In this document: in pieces, positions 22,826 through 37,118 of the stretch
Numbering within the stretch: the first letter of the stretch is position 1
How the letters are laid out: every line of letters begins with the position of its first letter
Origin: Octopus sinensis
Lineage: Eukaryota
Reading direction: 5' to 3'
DNA length: 64,000 nucleotides
Assembly (NCBI RefSeq): GCF_006345805.1
Contig: NC_042997.1
Location: 164,238,001 to 164,302,000 of the forward strand
The notes under the pieces: model-generated
The model's input: the letters and a program-made list of their open reading frames with translations, nothing else
Told to the model about the DNA's origin: nothing
Databases searched by the model: none
Position numbers and translations under genes: made by a program

Positions 22826-25800
22826 AAACTTGTCAAATGTTAAAAGCAAAATAAGCAGGAAGAATCCAAATAAATATTAGAATGATCTCTTGAGATGCAT
22901 AAAACTATTAAGGATGAATTTACAGTAGTTGACAAGCTAATAGAAAACAAGTTGATACCATCATCTATTATGTGAAATCAAGGAAATTTCAATTCTAGAC
23001 ATATTTAGAATATGATAGATGTAGATGTCATTGCATTACTAACTCTTTACAAAATACATCAAGATTATTGGTGACTATAATTCAGAAGTATGGTAGTAGC
23101 TTAATTTTATAAAAGATGTTTGTCTAATATTTTTAAATGAAGTGTTGGTTCCATAAGAGCAGACTATTAATAAATAATCTTGTTATTCAATATTGATACA
23201 TGATATCACAAATTATGATTTTGATTTGTTTCACAGATAAAATTCATTAAAAAGAAAAATTATACAGGTCACTAGTGGAAGATTTTGAATTATAAGAAAT
23301 TTGGTTGACAGCAGTTAAAATAAACGTAGCTAACATGGCTGTTTGTCATGGAAAATAAATAATTATTACATGATTTTTTTTTTTTTTAAATCAGTATTCC
23401 CTGTTGAAAATATATTGATATGTCATTATATGGAGAGAACATTTTTCTCGTGATGTGAAAAAGTCATTTGTAAAATTAATATCTTTTCTTTTTATTGATT
23501 GAAACATTCTTTTCAGTCAAAATTAGGAGATTCTTATTCAATAAAATGTCTCATTTAAACTAATTTATATGAAATAAACCTACCCATTTGACATACTTCT
23601 CTTCACCAAATGGATCACAAAAATGTAAAAGGAAGCTGAAATTCATTTGTTTTGTCCTCAGGAGAGGATCTTTCATATTTTAATGTTATGAACTGCATAT
23701 TGGATTAAAGAGAGCAGATACAATTTCAATAACATTTGGCTTAAGACATAGGAGTAGCCACTAAGAATTATAGAAAATGGTTTATTCAATTACTAATGAC
23801 TAGCTTCAGTTAGCTTCAATCACATACTTATTGTTTCCTTTCACTTTGCCCATATATCAGCCAATAAAACATAATTAGAATAATGAATATTTAATAACAA
23901 TTCCATTTTTGAAATCCAGCCAAAATGACTGACTAAATTATCACCAAAGACCACTTTGGGATTACTTTAAAGATTACTGTAATAAAAAATACTATTAACA
24001 ATAATTACTATTTTCAATAAAGTACTGCAGTTTCTACTGTTGCAGTACAAACAACAACAAAAACAACAACAACAGGAGCAATAATAACAGTTTAACAGTG
24101 CTTTGTGAGCTGATGCCAAATATACAATACAAATTTAACCATGTCAAAGTAATTTATTGCTATATTTTTTGAAAATGAGAAGACAAAATGTTTTGTTATA
24201 CATAATCTTTAAATGCTTTAAATAATCCTCTAACACACTCGTTATATTGATGGTATATCTTTAACTTTAGATAATTTGCTGACACATTCATTGGCAACAT
24301 TTTTGACCCAAGGTTACCATAGAATATATTTACACAAAGTACTACATGATAACATACCAGAATCACATACTTACAAACTTAAATTTTTATCCACAAATTT
24401 GTTGAATAAAAATTGAAACTTTATTTGATAATTTTCCTTTTCAATGCTTTCATTTTGTGTTAGAATTTTAAATTGTTTGATTTTAGTAGGCTTCATAACC
24501 ACAGGGCTTTCAGTTCAGTCCCACTGTGGGGCACCTTGAATAAGTGTCTTCTGTTATAGCCTCAGGACAACTGAAGCCTTGTGGTTGAATTTGGTAGGCA
24601 GAAGTTTCTATTGTGTGTGTACATGTGTGTGTGCAAGTGTTTGTGCCTCCAAAGAGAGTGGAGGGTTATTTGGGGTCCAAGGTATCACTTAACCATAATA
24701 TTGATAACTGTCACAATGGCAGGCTTTAAAAAAATAATTATCTGACTCATCAAATCTCAAAATGGAGGTAAACTTTTGAATCAAATATCTATCATTAAAC
24801 TTGTCAAATGTTTAAAAAAGAAATTTCTTGCACAAAACTGTTTCAAGAAATTGATTTAATAATTAATTTTGACAAGACTATAACACAACATTGTAAAATG
24901 TTTATTTCATATTCAGAAAAAAAAATTCGCATGAAGCTAGGCAGACATGTCACTCTAGTTGAATTTATCAATTTTACTGAAATATAATGATTTTTTTTTT
25001 ATTCTCGCTTCAAAGAAAAAAAACTGAAGAAAATATATTTTTGATAGTGATTCTAATTTTTCATCACTTTCAATAATAATTTGTAACAATTTCACATTTT
25101 CAACAAAAACACTTATTAAAAACAGAAATAAAAAATATAAAGTCAACAAATTATCTCGAAAATTATTATGATCATGGTTATTATCATGAGATTGACAACT
25201 GTCATAATTCTGGACAGAGCTGCAGAATGGTATGTCAATATTGCTCTTGATCCTGTATTATCTAATCTATGATACTACTTTAAAATTACTGTATTGTTAT
25301 CTATATCGTATTATGTCTTCTTTTTTTTTTTCTATCTGAGATATTTTCACCATCAGAATACAAATTTTTTCACCCATCATTCAAACCACATGTCCATAAC
25401 AGTACATCTACTTTCCCTGCACACACAAGCTGATATGTTTAATGGTGAGTCATTTCTATTGATTTGCACTTCACCTTTCATGTGAGTTGATGTTAAACAT
25501 CTAAATATCAACTCATTTCTCTCCAATCTTTGCTGATTTTCAACATTCAACATTCATATGTCACTACTAGACAGCCTACATGTTTCATATCTGTACTTTA
25601 TACAGTGAAAGAGGGCCCCTTATTTTAAGCAGAATCAACAATAAAGTATCGTTTTGACTGAGTTTTAGAAATGGTTCCTTAACCATTTAATCTGAACTTC
25701 CACATCATCTTACATTTGAAGATATTCCCTTGCTTTTTTGGAGAATATTCCTTGTTATATTTCACTAAGATACAAAAGTAGGGGGATTGATCAGCTTTCA

Positions 25801-26161
25801 ATAAATGTAGACATTGTGTATTCTCCTCCTCCTCTTCATCATCATCATCATCATTTTAGCATCCACTTTTATATGCTTGCATGGGTTGGATGGAGTTTAT
25901 TGAAGATTTTCTATGGTTAGTTGCTCTTCCTGTCACCAAACTTCACTATATACAAACATACATACATTTATATAAATATATATGTGTGTGTGTGTGTATG
26001 AATTTCTAGGATTCAGGAGAATTAGGTACTTAAATAGCAAAGCACTTAGGTCAGATCGGTGACAGTACTATTGTGTACACGTCTGACTGAAACAGCTGTA
26101 GTGAACCCCAATCCATCTGTTGTTATATATATATTATATATATATATATGCATGTATGTAT

Positions 26162-26216
<55 letters not shown>

Positions 26217-26233
26217 TGTATGTATATATATAT

Positions 26234-26267
<34 letters not shown>

Positions 26268-26805
26268 CATCATCATCATCGTTTAATATCTGCTTTCCAT
26301 GCTAGCATGGCTTGGATGGTTTGACTGAGTACTGACAAGCCAGTAGGCTGCACCAGGCTCCAATCTGATCTGGTAAGGTTTGTACAGCTAGATGCCCTTC
26401 CTAGTGCCAACCAGTCAGAGAGTTTAGTTGGTGCTTTTTACATGCCACCAGCACAGGGGCTAGTCAGTGGCACTGGCATTGACAACACTTGAATGGTGCT
26501 TTTTATGTGCCACCAGCTCTGGCGCTGACTACACTCAAATGGTGTTTTTTATGTGTCACCAGCACGTGTGCCAGTCATGTGGCACTGGCATTGGCCATGA
26601 CTATGATTTCACTTGACTCAACAGGTTTTCTCAAGCACAGCATATTGGCTGATGATTAAAGGGTACTTTTACATGGGCTGGTTATGCGACACTGGCATCA
26701 GCCATGGCTACGATCTCACTTGGTTTGCCGGGTTTTCTCAAGCACAGTCACTAGTCATTGCCTCAGTGAGGCCTAACATTCAATGGTCATGCTTCACCAC
26801 CTCAA
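26268..26805 (-). mobile_element. RTE 3' fragment flanked by (TA)n
   Basis: (CAT)n tail, 3' UTR units and the end of the ORF (GCCTCAGTGAGGCC...TTCACCACCTC). Confidence 0.8.
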
Positions 26806-27525
26806 TATATATATATATATATGTATGTAAATCAAAGGAAAAAAAACAACAAAAAGAAATCGTCAAAGCACAATGAACAGTAAAAGGATGATAGCACAAC
26901 AATGGCAGACAAGACAAAACAAGATACACGGAATATTCAAAGCCAATTGCTTCTTCAGTCGGAGTCTGGAATGTCTACATAGTTTTGCCCAATCCTCTCT
27001 GATACTACTCGAAACCAGTTGGGCCAAGGACTTAAATTGAAGGCATTAAGCCCCTGAGCAAGGCAAATGAATGTACATATACAAACACAAGGAAATAACA
27101 AACAGAAAGTGTCTTTTGACTATCAGATGAATGTAACATAAGAAATAGAATTACACACATACATATAGAATGGACAAAAGCCTTTCGGCTATACAACAAA
27201 ACAAAACAAATAGAGTCTTTCTACTATCAGACAGTGTAGTAAGCTAGCGCAAGGAAAAAGGAAATGGAAAAATCTTAACTGACTGGGTGGCAAGACAGAA
27301 CAGAACAGATGTGAATGACCTTAAAGACAGTCAGCCCAAAAAGGATGACAATGCATACACCAGACAGTGATCACATGGTAGAGGAAAGAAGTTGAAGAAG
27401 GCAGAGGGACTAAGGAATAGGAGAGTGGGGAAGAAATCAGAGGGATGGAGGAATGATGGGGAAGAAATCAGAGGGATGGAGGAATGATGGGGAGAGAGGG
27501 AGAGAAAAGATATATATATATATAT

Positions 27526-27586
<61 letters not shown>

Positions 27587-27814
27587 CTTGCCAAAATTCA
27601 AACAACAGTAAATCAAAATTCCATAAATAATATCTGTAATTCTGTATTGACTTGAATGGGAAAATGTCACTCAAGAAGGACTTCAGTTTGAACAATTTCC
27701 TTGATATTTCATATTTAGATGCTTTTATTTAATTCATTCAGCTGTTAAGCATAAATAAATCTTGGAATTAAATGGTTTTGATTTACTGTCAGGTGACTTT
27801 TAGCCAACGCTATC

Positions 27815-28100
27815 ATCATTTAATGTCTGCCTTCCATGCTGGCATGGGCTGAACGGTTTGACAGGAGCCAGCCAGGTAGAAGTTTACTCCAGGTTTTTAT
27901 GACTGGATGCCTTTCCTAACACCAACCACCCCCACAGAGTGGACTGAGTGCTTTTTACGTGGCACCAGCACAAGCAAGATCAGTTTTGGCTTGGTTTTAC
28001 AGCTGGATGCCCTACCAACTGCCAACCACTTCACAGTGTGAACTAGATGCTTTTTACATGGCACCAATACCGACTGGGTCACCAAATAACTTGCAAGACA
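27815..28100 (-). mobile_element. RTE-tail-related repeat (two fused 3' ends)
   Basis: CATCATTTAATGTCTGCCTTCCATGCTGGCATGGG, with GGATGCC...CCAACCAC present twice. Confidence 0.65.
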
Positions 28101-28241
28101 AGGAATTTTGAGAAGGTAGAGGGCACTGGAGGAGGTGATCTTGTGTCAGATGAGGAAAGGTTAGAATGTGACAGAGAGGCAGAAAGAGGTGTCTTGCTAT
28201 AGGGAAGGTACATGGTTACTCACCCAGAGAGTGAGATTGTG

Positions 28242-28278
<37 letters not shown>

Positions 28279-28484
28279 ATATATATATTGAGTATCTTCC
28301 TGGCAGACCACACACACATTCTTTTCTGAGCAAAGATTGTATTTCAAGGTAGGCCTTTCTCTTCAGAGCTTCTAACAGCAACTAACTTTTACAAAGCTGA
28401 AGAGCCACAATGCCGTTCTGATACCACATCTGGGATAACACTGCTGCTTCACGTATAGATGATCAAGCAGCCAATGAAATAATT

Positions 28485-28850
28485 ACAAAAGCACCCACCA
28501 CACGCTGTAAAAGGGAAGGGCATAGAAACGAAGCCAAATCGGACAGGAACCTGGCATAGCTCTCTGCCTTGCCACTCTGGTCAAACTGTCTAACCCATGC
28601 CAGCATGGAAAGCAGACGTTAAAGGATGATGATGATGATGATGATGATGACGACGATGATGATGACGACGATGATGATGATGACGATGATGATGATGACG
28701 ATGATGATGACGATGATGATGACGATGATGATGATGACGATGATGATGATGATGACGATGATGACGATGATGATGATGATGATGATGGTGATGGTGATGA
28801 TGGTGGTGGTGGTGGTGGTGGTGGTGGTGGTGATGATGATGATGTAATGA
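28485..28850 (+). repeat. RTE 3' end followed by an expanded (GAT/GAC)n-(GGT)n tail of about 230 bp
   Basis: AACCCATGCCAGCATGGAAAGCAGACGTTAAA is joined directly to the triplet array. Confidence 0.85.
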
Positions 28851-29369
28851 TGATGAAGTGGGTACTGGAGTTGATATGATCAACTCTAGTCCTATGAAAG
28901 CAGTGCTCTGACATGGCAACAGTTGAATGATTAGAATGAATAAAAGACTAGTAAAATGAATGAGGAGAATACCTAATGCTTGTATTATCTTTCAGACTGC
29001 ATTTATAAATTTAAAACAAAACATATTTGAAATTTTCACAAATATAGATTACCATTGCTGTTCACTAACTAAATGTTTTTGAATGGTAGTATCAGTAACA
29101 CTTCTCATTTTCCTGTACACATATGCCATTTGTGCTTCACTGCTCACCATCTTCATGATAAGGAGTTCACAAAAAGTAAAAATCATGATCTGATAAAATA
29201 AATGTACATAGCTTCCACCAAGTGCTATCAGATTATTCATTATAACTTTGAGAATAACAAACATTTAAATATATCCCATTTTCAAAGAAAAAAAACATTT
29301 TTAGATATAAAACAAAAGGAAACCAAAAACACAAACTCACTTACATAACTTTTGAACAATTATGGACAT

Positions 29370-29411
29370 ACATACATATGTGTGTGTGTACATAAATATG
29401 TACACACACAC

Positions 29412-29473
<62 letters not shown>

Positions 29474-29673
29474 TATATATATATATACACACACACATAC
29501 ATATATATATATATACATACACACATACATATATAATATTATATATATATGTATGTATACATATACACATACATATTATGTAATATTTTACTTATATGCA
29601 CATACATGCATATAAAATATTTTATATATGTATATATACGTAAATATTATATAATATATACTTATACATACAT

Positions 29674-29742
<69 letters not shown>

Positions 29743-29950
29743 ATATATAGTTAAATACACACACATATATACATATATACACACATATATATATGTTTAT
29801 ATATATGTACATATATATATATATGCATACATATATATATATATAATATATATATATATAATATATATATATATGCTAGTATGGAGAACGGACGTTAAAT
29901 GATGATGATGATGATGATGATGAGGATGATACACATACACACACACACAC

Positions 29951-29990
<40 letters not shown>
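29370..29990. repeat. Large degenerate (TA)n/(CA)n block containing a ~55-bp RTE terminus at about 29872-29927
   Basis: Directly visible. Confidence 0.9.
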
Positions 29991-29995
<5 letters not shown>

Positions 29996-30410
29996 ATTGT
30001 ACTAATGCTGCTCCATATTTCTCCAGCACATACAGCAGAGAGTGCTGATACTGTCTACTAAATAAAATTCAATTTTTTAATATTATTTCCATCTTTCAAA
30101 ACAGGGGGTTTCTATGTGTGTTTTGGATGTTTTTGAATGGCGCATTTCTAATTACTGAAACAGATTTTATAAAAATTGATATATAGATTAATTTACAAAT
30201 GCTATTAATCAATGCTTTATTTTGCTTGTTTCTGACTTTAATTAATTTAAGCAGGAACTTCATATTCCTTTTATCCACATGTATAAACATGCTTTTAATT
30301 TTGTTTCATCTTTAAATGGATTTTTCAGCCACCAGCAAGCACCCTTTTACAGTTATGTATTATTGTTATTGAAACAGATATTGTATACATACATACATAC
30401 ATACATACAT

Positions 30411-30466
<56 letters not shown>

Positions 30467-31489
30467 ACATGCATGTGTATATATACACATGCATACATGC
30501 ATACATACATGCATAAAAGCCAATGAGGGGCCTTCATTTAGTCGCTCGCCATGCTAGAAATAGCAGCCAAATCTGCTGAACTATATCCTCTCACATAAAA
30601 AAAAAATACAAGATATATTGGATGATGTGATTCTGTGATACTTTATATATGAAAATATGGGATGACCACAGCTGGGAAGCCTTTGTTCATACAACTACTC
30701 AATCAGAGCAGACCAACCAGTGGTTAAACAGTAACATGCTTTCATACGTATTCTCTTCACTACTACATACACATGCACACATATGCACACATATACATGC
30801 TTACACATATTGATGCACACATATTTATACATTTATCCATACAATCATACATACATACATACATACATACATACATACATCTGTACATATGTATGTATGA
30901 ATGCATGTATGTGTATATTATGTATGTATGTATATATGTATGTATTGTGTTCTCATAAGGCAATCCAGTAATTAGACAAGCCACCCCATTCGTATACCCC
31001 CACCCTTTTCTAAGATATTTTGCTTTGACCTGCTTTTAAGACAAGGTTAAAAATTTAGAATGTTTAAGTGAACCATAAAAACAATTGATCAGCTAATTAC
31101 CATGTGATCTTGGTCTAAAAATAAATTTTACTAAAACATGCCTCGTCTGTTTCATATGCAGAAAGTGTTTCTAGCTAAAAAGAAATTAAACAAAAGGCCT
31201 ATTAATTCATTTTAATTCATATTTTCTGTAATAGAATATAGAAAAAGACTAAAATGAGAAAAAATTGTCTGCATTAAATTTGTACAGTTATAATTGTGGA
31301 TGCAATTTAGAAAATAAGCAGTTATCAGGAGTACCATTATTTCACTGTGACACAGCAAATTTAAAGTGCCAAACAGCTGATGCACTCACTTCATGAACTA
31401 ACATTATGTCTTTATCAAAATTTAGTGGTAGACAAAACTTAAAAGAAACATCTTTACAAATTTAATCTGATGGTAAAATATTTGTTTTA

Positions 31490-33400
31490 TAAGTGGAAAT
31501 TTATAGTATCATGGATAGATAAGGTAACTGTGATTGTCAGGCTATGCAGTAGGATGAATAAGTTGAGGTTAGCTTTCAACAACTTAATTGTGACTTTCAT
31601 CCTTGCTTATCCACAGCCTTTAGGTTTGGCTGTTAAAGAGAGACTCTTCCACTGACCACCTCCAAAATAAATATCAGCAACTTCATTATCATAACCATTA
31701 ATTTTAATGGACATTTGTGACAACATTATTGTCCATTTTCTATAGCAGTACATTCTGTGGATGCTGGCATTCATGGAAGCTGCAGCTATGGTACAAGGGT
31801 TGGCTGAAAAGTTTATAGGCTGATTATGAAGGAGTGATGCCACAGCTGTGAAATCTTGCATGTATTAATTTCAACTCTTCTCATTAACAAATACTTTTTT
31901 TTTGGCTAAATAAACTGACATCTGACTGTTCAAAAACATCAAACCTAATAATTTCTCTTGAAAATGGACAAAATTTAGCATCATGGTATTGTCAAGTACC
32001 TTCAGAAAAAGGTTTTAGTCCCCAAGGATATTCATGTTGATATGGTTGCTACATTAAGGCATGATGCTCTAGCTTTATCAACAGTGCAAAAGTGGGCAGA
32101 TAAATTTAAGAGGAGAAGGGAGAGTGTTGAAGACGACCCAAGGTCTAGACATCCTGCAACTCCCACTTCTGAGGAAAACATTGATTGTGTTTATCATACG
32201 GTGATTGATAACAGGTGATTGACTATAAATCAGATAGCCAATGCTATTAGCATACCCCATGAGAGAGTCAAGAATATTCTGCATAATGAACTTGGCATTA
32301 TGAAGGTTTCTACTCAGTAGTTGCCATATCTTCTGACACCTGATCAAAAGCACACCAGGCTGACCATGTCACAGAAAAATCTAACATTCTTTGAGGCAAA
32401 TCCAGCTGGTTTCCTAGAATCTTTCTAAACTCAGGATGAATGCTGAGTTCATCATTTTGAGCCAGAGGCAGAGACAATCCATGCAATGGAAACACCCCTC
32501 CTCACCTGCTCCAAAGAAGGCCAAGGCCATTTCATCTGCAAGGATGGTGATGGCCTGTGTTTTGGGGGATGCAAAAGGCATTGTGCTTATGGACTATCTT
32601 GAAAAATTGCTAAGGCAGTATGAAAGAGTTCTTGTTGTATGAGGACAATGTTCCAGCACTCAAGTCCTTGGTTTCAATGGCTACTGTGCATGACTGTGGC
32701 TTTGAACTGATTGATCACCATCCTTATTATCCTGATTTTATCCCATCTGACTATCACCTGCTGCACAAAATGAGAAAACACTTGGCTAAGAACGAGTATC
32801 ACAGTGATAACGACATCATATCTGTTGTTGATGAATTTGTTTGAACAGGATGAAACCTTCTTCACATCAATTGGATTCAAGCACAACACTGATGGAAGAC
32901 GTGTTGGGACTGCAAGGCAGGGACTATGTTGAAAAATAAGCCTCATTTGGTCACATTCCATGGGAATATTTTGGTCAGCCTATGAACTTTTCAGCTGACA
33001 CTCATACCTGAATTGAGGAGAAATCAAAGCTCTTGGGATTTTGTGATGCAAATAACCTTGACATCTGTAACTTCAAGAAACCAGCTAACCACCTGATCAC
33101 CTACCAATTGGGTGAAAACAGAAGCTAGATGAACTTCGTATCATCAAAATGTGGGACATGCAATTGATTGTGAATGATAAATGTATACCTAGTGCAGATT
33201 GTATCATTCAACATAGAAAAGTGGTTAGTAGTGACTTCAGATTAAGAGCTAGACAGGCACAGAGAATGAAGACAATCTGGAGAAATAAGACTTGGAAACT
33301 GAAAGAGCAAACAACCAGCAATAAGTTTAAAGATATATTGATCAATGCATAGAACAAAGTAGAGGAGATATAAAATAATAATCTACTGAAGGTGAGACGA
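31490..33400 (+). mobile_element. Decayed RTE apurinic endonuclease region, split by a mariner insertion
   Basis: Left part reads SWIDKVTVIVRLCSRMNKLRL...AYPQPLG...NFNGHL...GIHGSCSYG. Right part reads KLLGFCDANNLDICNFKKPANHLITY...IPSADCIIQHRKVVSSDFRL...KTWKLK. The two parts are colinear across 31794-33006. Confidence 0.8.
31794..33004 (+). mobile_element. Full-length decayed mariner (family M1), 1211 bp
   Basis: TIRs CAAGGGTTGGCTGAAAAGTTTATAGGCTGA / TCAGCCTATGAACTTTTCAGCTGACACTCA with TA on both sides. Transposase remnants include QWKHPSSPAPKKAK and DNVPAL...HHPYYPDFIPSDYHL. Confidence 0.9.
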
Positions 33401-34855
33401 AATGTTGAACAGGTCTATATTTTCTTGAGTCTTCCTCTTCCACAAATTCATCTACCTTAAGTGATCAGTACTTCTTTATGCACCTGTTCTCATCCATGCA
33501 CATCAGTTCAGTATTCTTTCTAACAGACTAAACTCCTCTTATGACCAGCATTTTCTTCAGCACATTTGCTCTATGCTTGTTCATACTGAGGCAGTATCAT
33601 GTTTTTTCCAGTCTTCTCAAGTCCTCTACATTCAAGTCTTATGTCTCACTATCACGAACATTGCAGTTTTAACACAAGCATCATACAATCTACTCTTCAC
33701 TATGGGAAAATACCTTTGTTGCCAACAACCTTGGTAGCTCTTTAAAATTTCTCCAGTTCATTCTTACTCTCGCTACTATACTTTCAGAACAACCACCTTC
33801 CTTACTAATTACATCTCCTAGTTAACAAAAGCTGTCAACTACTTCTTGTGAGCTCTCTGGGCATTTAAAAGAATCAATTACCAGTGTCCTCATAGCAAGA
33901 ACAGCTCCAGTGCATCTATCACAAACAAAGCTAACATTCTCTGTCAGTTTGCCTGCAATTCCCCTACATCTGCTGTTTTGTCCATAGCTTACACTGAGCA
34001 CAACATATGAAGCTTATACCAACTCTTTTTTTTTGTATGCTGAGCAAAGCCATTTTCCTAAAGATACTAAGGTCCTGTTCTCTTTCCGCCTTACTGAAAA
34101 CCTCATTTTTACTATAATACCTTAAGATTCTTTGATTCTAGGTTTAGCTTCCAAGCTTGGAAAATTCTTTCTAATTCTCCTATAGAGACAGCTTTGGGAA
34201 CTAAATTATTAGCATACAGGAGTTCCCATAGACATCCAATCTATGATGGTTAATAGGTTTATGATGAATAAGAGAGGACTGAGAACTAAGCCCTGATGAA
34301 CACCTACCCGAATACTAATTTTATCACTGAACTCTTTGTTGACACATATCACTCATTGCGTCTTTATACATTACTTGAATAGCCCTCACAAGCCACTCAT
34401 CTATACTTAGTTTCTTTATGGACCAACAAATTATTGAATGTGGTACCCTGTCCAATGCCTTCTCTAAATCAAAAAAAGCCAGGATTAGCAGTTTCTTCTT
34501 GGCCAAATATTTCTCCTGTAGCTGCCTCACTAGGAAGTTTGCATAAGTGGTACCTTTTCTAGACACAAAACTAAACAGCATCTCATTTAGGTTTGCTCTG
34601 TCATGGATCAATCATGGTATATCCCTCATTAAAACTCTCTTCTTGACCTTCATAACCTGACCAAGTAATTTGATTCCTCTGTAGCTGCTTCTCTCTATGG
34701 CATTTCCATTAACTTTATAGCAGTTTACAATGACACTGCTACACCAGTCATTGGGTATGATTCCTTCTTGAATAGCATAACTTACCATCCAGCTGGTAAC
34801 CATATAGCTTACCTCACCTGATATTTTGAGCATACATGTACTTGCAAACATGCAA
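33400..34855 (-). mobile_element. Old decayed RTE reverse-transcriptase region
   Basis: ORFs 34612-34851 (IPNDW...SYRGIKLL) and 34324-34611 (FDLEKALDRVPH). Confidence 0.85.
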
Positions 34856-34874
34856 AATTAATCTAAGGGAAATA

Positions 34875-35991
34875 CAGGGTGGTATCAAAAAGTTTTGGGA
34901 CTAGTTCTGGAGTACACCAACAGATAACAGCACACAGTTACATGCCAAGTGAGAGCAAACAGTGAACTTCATGAAGCAGTTGCCAAGTGATATTGTGGTG
35001 TTTACTTTGCAATTTGTGAAATTTGTGTTTTTGTGACCACATGTATGCTGTAGTCTGTGATTTTGTCATGGACAGGAAGTTGGAACAAAGAGCCAGCATG
35101 AAATTTTGCATTAAACTTGGGACGTCTACCACAAAGACATTGAGCATGCTTCGGCAAGCTTATGGCAATGAGGCAATGAGTAATATGCAGTGTTTTAAGT
35201 GGCATGGCACTTCAATCAAGTGCAGTTAAATCAAGGGCATACTCATAGTTTTTTAAACATTCATGGTATTGCACACCAAGAATTCATCCCCCAGGGCCAG
35301 ACCATCAACTGTGAGTTCTGTTGCAATGTTTTGATGCATTTGAGGGAGGACATATGGTGAAAGTGACCAGATCTGAGGAGCACAAAGAATTGGATTCTTC
35401 ATGACAACAATGCACTCTGTCACTGAGTTCTGCTCACTCATGAGTTTCTTGCCAAAATCATGGTCTCACTTCTGCACCTGCCTAATTCACCAGATTTAGC
35501 ACCTGTGGGCTTCCATCTCTTCCCCAAAATGAAAATGCAGCTCAAACAATGTTGTCAAAATCCAGAGCAAATCATAGAAGGTCCTCGACTCACTTTAGGA
35601 AAATTACTTCCAGGCCAGATTCTAAAAGTGGCGGTCATGCTGAGATTGGTGTGTTACTGTGCAAGGTGACTATTTCAAAAGCTGGCAGAAATGTTAGCAT
35701 GCCAGGCAAAATGTTTAGTGGTATTTCGTCTGCCATTATGCTCTGAGTTCAAATTCCGCCGAGGTTGACTTTGCCTTTCATCCTTTCGGGGTCGATAAAT
35801 TAACTACCAGTTACGTACTGGGGTCGATGTATTTGACTTAATCCCTTTGTCTGTCTTTGTTTGTCCCCTCTATGTTTAGCCCCTTGTGGGCAATAAAGAA
35901 ATAAGGTGACTATTTCAAAGAAGGTGATGTTAAAACTTGGGTAAATAAGTTATTTTTTATTAAACATAACTAACTTTTTCCTATGACCTTG
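34875..35991 (+). mobile_element. Internally deleted mariner of a second family (M2), carrying a SINE insertion
   Basis: ORF 35023-35229 reads MDRKLEQRASMKFCIKLG...AYGNEAMS and ORF 35460-35669 reads LPNSPDLAPVGFHLFPKMK. It has imperfect TIRs and TA flanks. Confidence 0.85.
35680..35902 (+). mobile_element. Family A SINE inserted in mariner M2
   Basis: 17-bp TSD AAGGTGACTATTTCAAA at 35663-35679 and 35903-35919. Confidence 0.9.
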
Positions 35992-36084
35992 TAATTCAAA
36001 TGGACTATTGTTATCATTGTCATCAACATTGTCATTGTCATCATCATCATCGGCATTGACATCAGCATCATCATCCTTATCATC

Positions 36085-36535
36085 ATCATTTTAGCATCCA
36101 CTTTTCTATGCTTGCATGGTTTGGATGGAGTTTGTTGAGGCAGATTTGCTATGGCCAAATACTCTTCCTGTCACCAACCTTTGCCTGTTTCCAAGCAAGG
36201 TAATATTTCCTTAAGAAAATACATTGATTTGTAGTATATTGGAAATGAATGACACTGCTTGTATGGCAGTGAAAATCATTTACAACTATCCTATGATGTC
36301 AAGACAAGGATACACAAAGCACACTCTCCAACAAGCATCTGTCTGTAGAAAACTTGCATAGTGCTGCATATAACAGGATTCTTTTGGTTTCCATCTACTA
36401 AATTCACTCACAAGGCTTTGGTTGGCCTGGGGTTGTAGTACAAGACAGTTGTCCAAGGTGCCATACAGTGGGACTGAACATGGAACCTTGTGGTTAGGAA
36501 GCAAACTTCTTACCACACAGCCATGCTGCCATGAA
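36085..36535 (-). mobile_element. Family B SINE variant with RTE-like tail
   Basis: Reverse complement of the 2578-3135 architecture. Confidence 0.65.
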
Positions 36536-36564
36536 TTTAGATAATTCATGTAGGCATTGATGAT

Positions 36565-37118
36565 GCATGCACATACGCACACACACACACACACGCACAC
36601 ACACACTCATGTACACACACACACGTACACTAATGTACACACACACACACAGATTCACACATTCACACCCACGCATGTGTGCATGCACATACATGCACAC
36701 ACATGCACACATACACACACACACACATACACACAAACACAAACACACACACACTCATACACACACAGATTCACACACTCACTCCCACACATGTGTGTGC
36801 TCGCACACACACCCACACAGATTCACAAACACCCACGCATGTGTGTGCGCACACACACGCACACACACACACACACACATACACACAAACACAAACACAC
36901 ACACACTCATACACACACAGATTCACACACTCACTCCCACACATGTGTGTGCTCGCACACACACCCACACAGATTCACAAACACCCACGCATGTGTGTGC
37001 GCACACACACGCACACACATACACACACACATACACTCTCACACACTCACACGCATCCACACACACACACGCATCCACACACACACACACACACACACAC
37101 AACACACACACACACACA
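36565..37118. repeat. (CA)-rich minisatellite with a higher-order ~152-bp tandem unit
   Basis: GATTCACACACTCACTCCCACACATGTGTGTGCTCGC starts at 36768 and again at 36920. Confidence 0.85.

Noticed and set aside
22139-22838. Regularly spaced short direct repeats resembling a CRISPR array
   Set aside because: The spacers are ~215-bp homologous SINEs, the context is eukaryotic and there are no cas genes.
26830-27330. Possible hammerheads: CTGAAGAAGC...GAATATTC on the minus strand near 26930-26975 and CTGATAC...CGAAACCAGTT near 27000-27025
   Set aside because: No stem I or stem II could be placed in register. It is probably a decayed repeat, though a family consensus could be re-checked.
31490-34855. 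Twin-priming 5' inversion as the explanation for the opposed RTE parts
   Set aside because: The junction is tail-to-tail and lacks a 3' tail, whereas twin priming gives head-to-head junctions.
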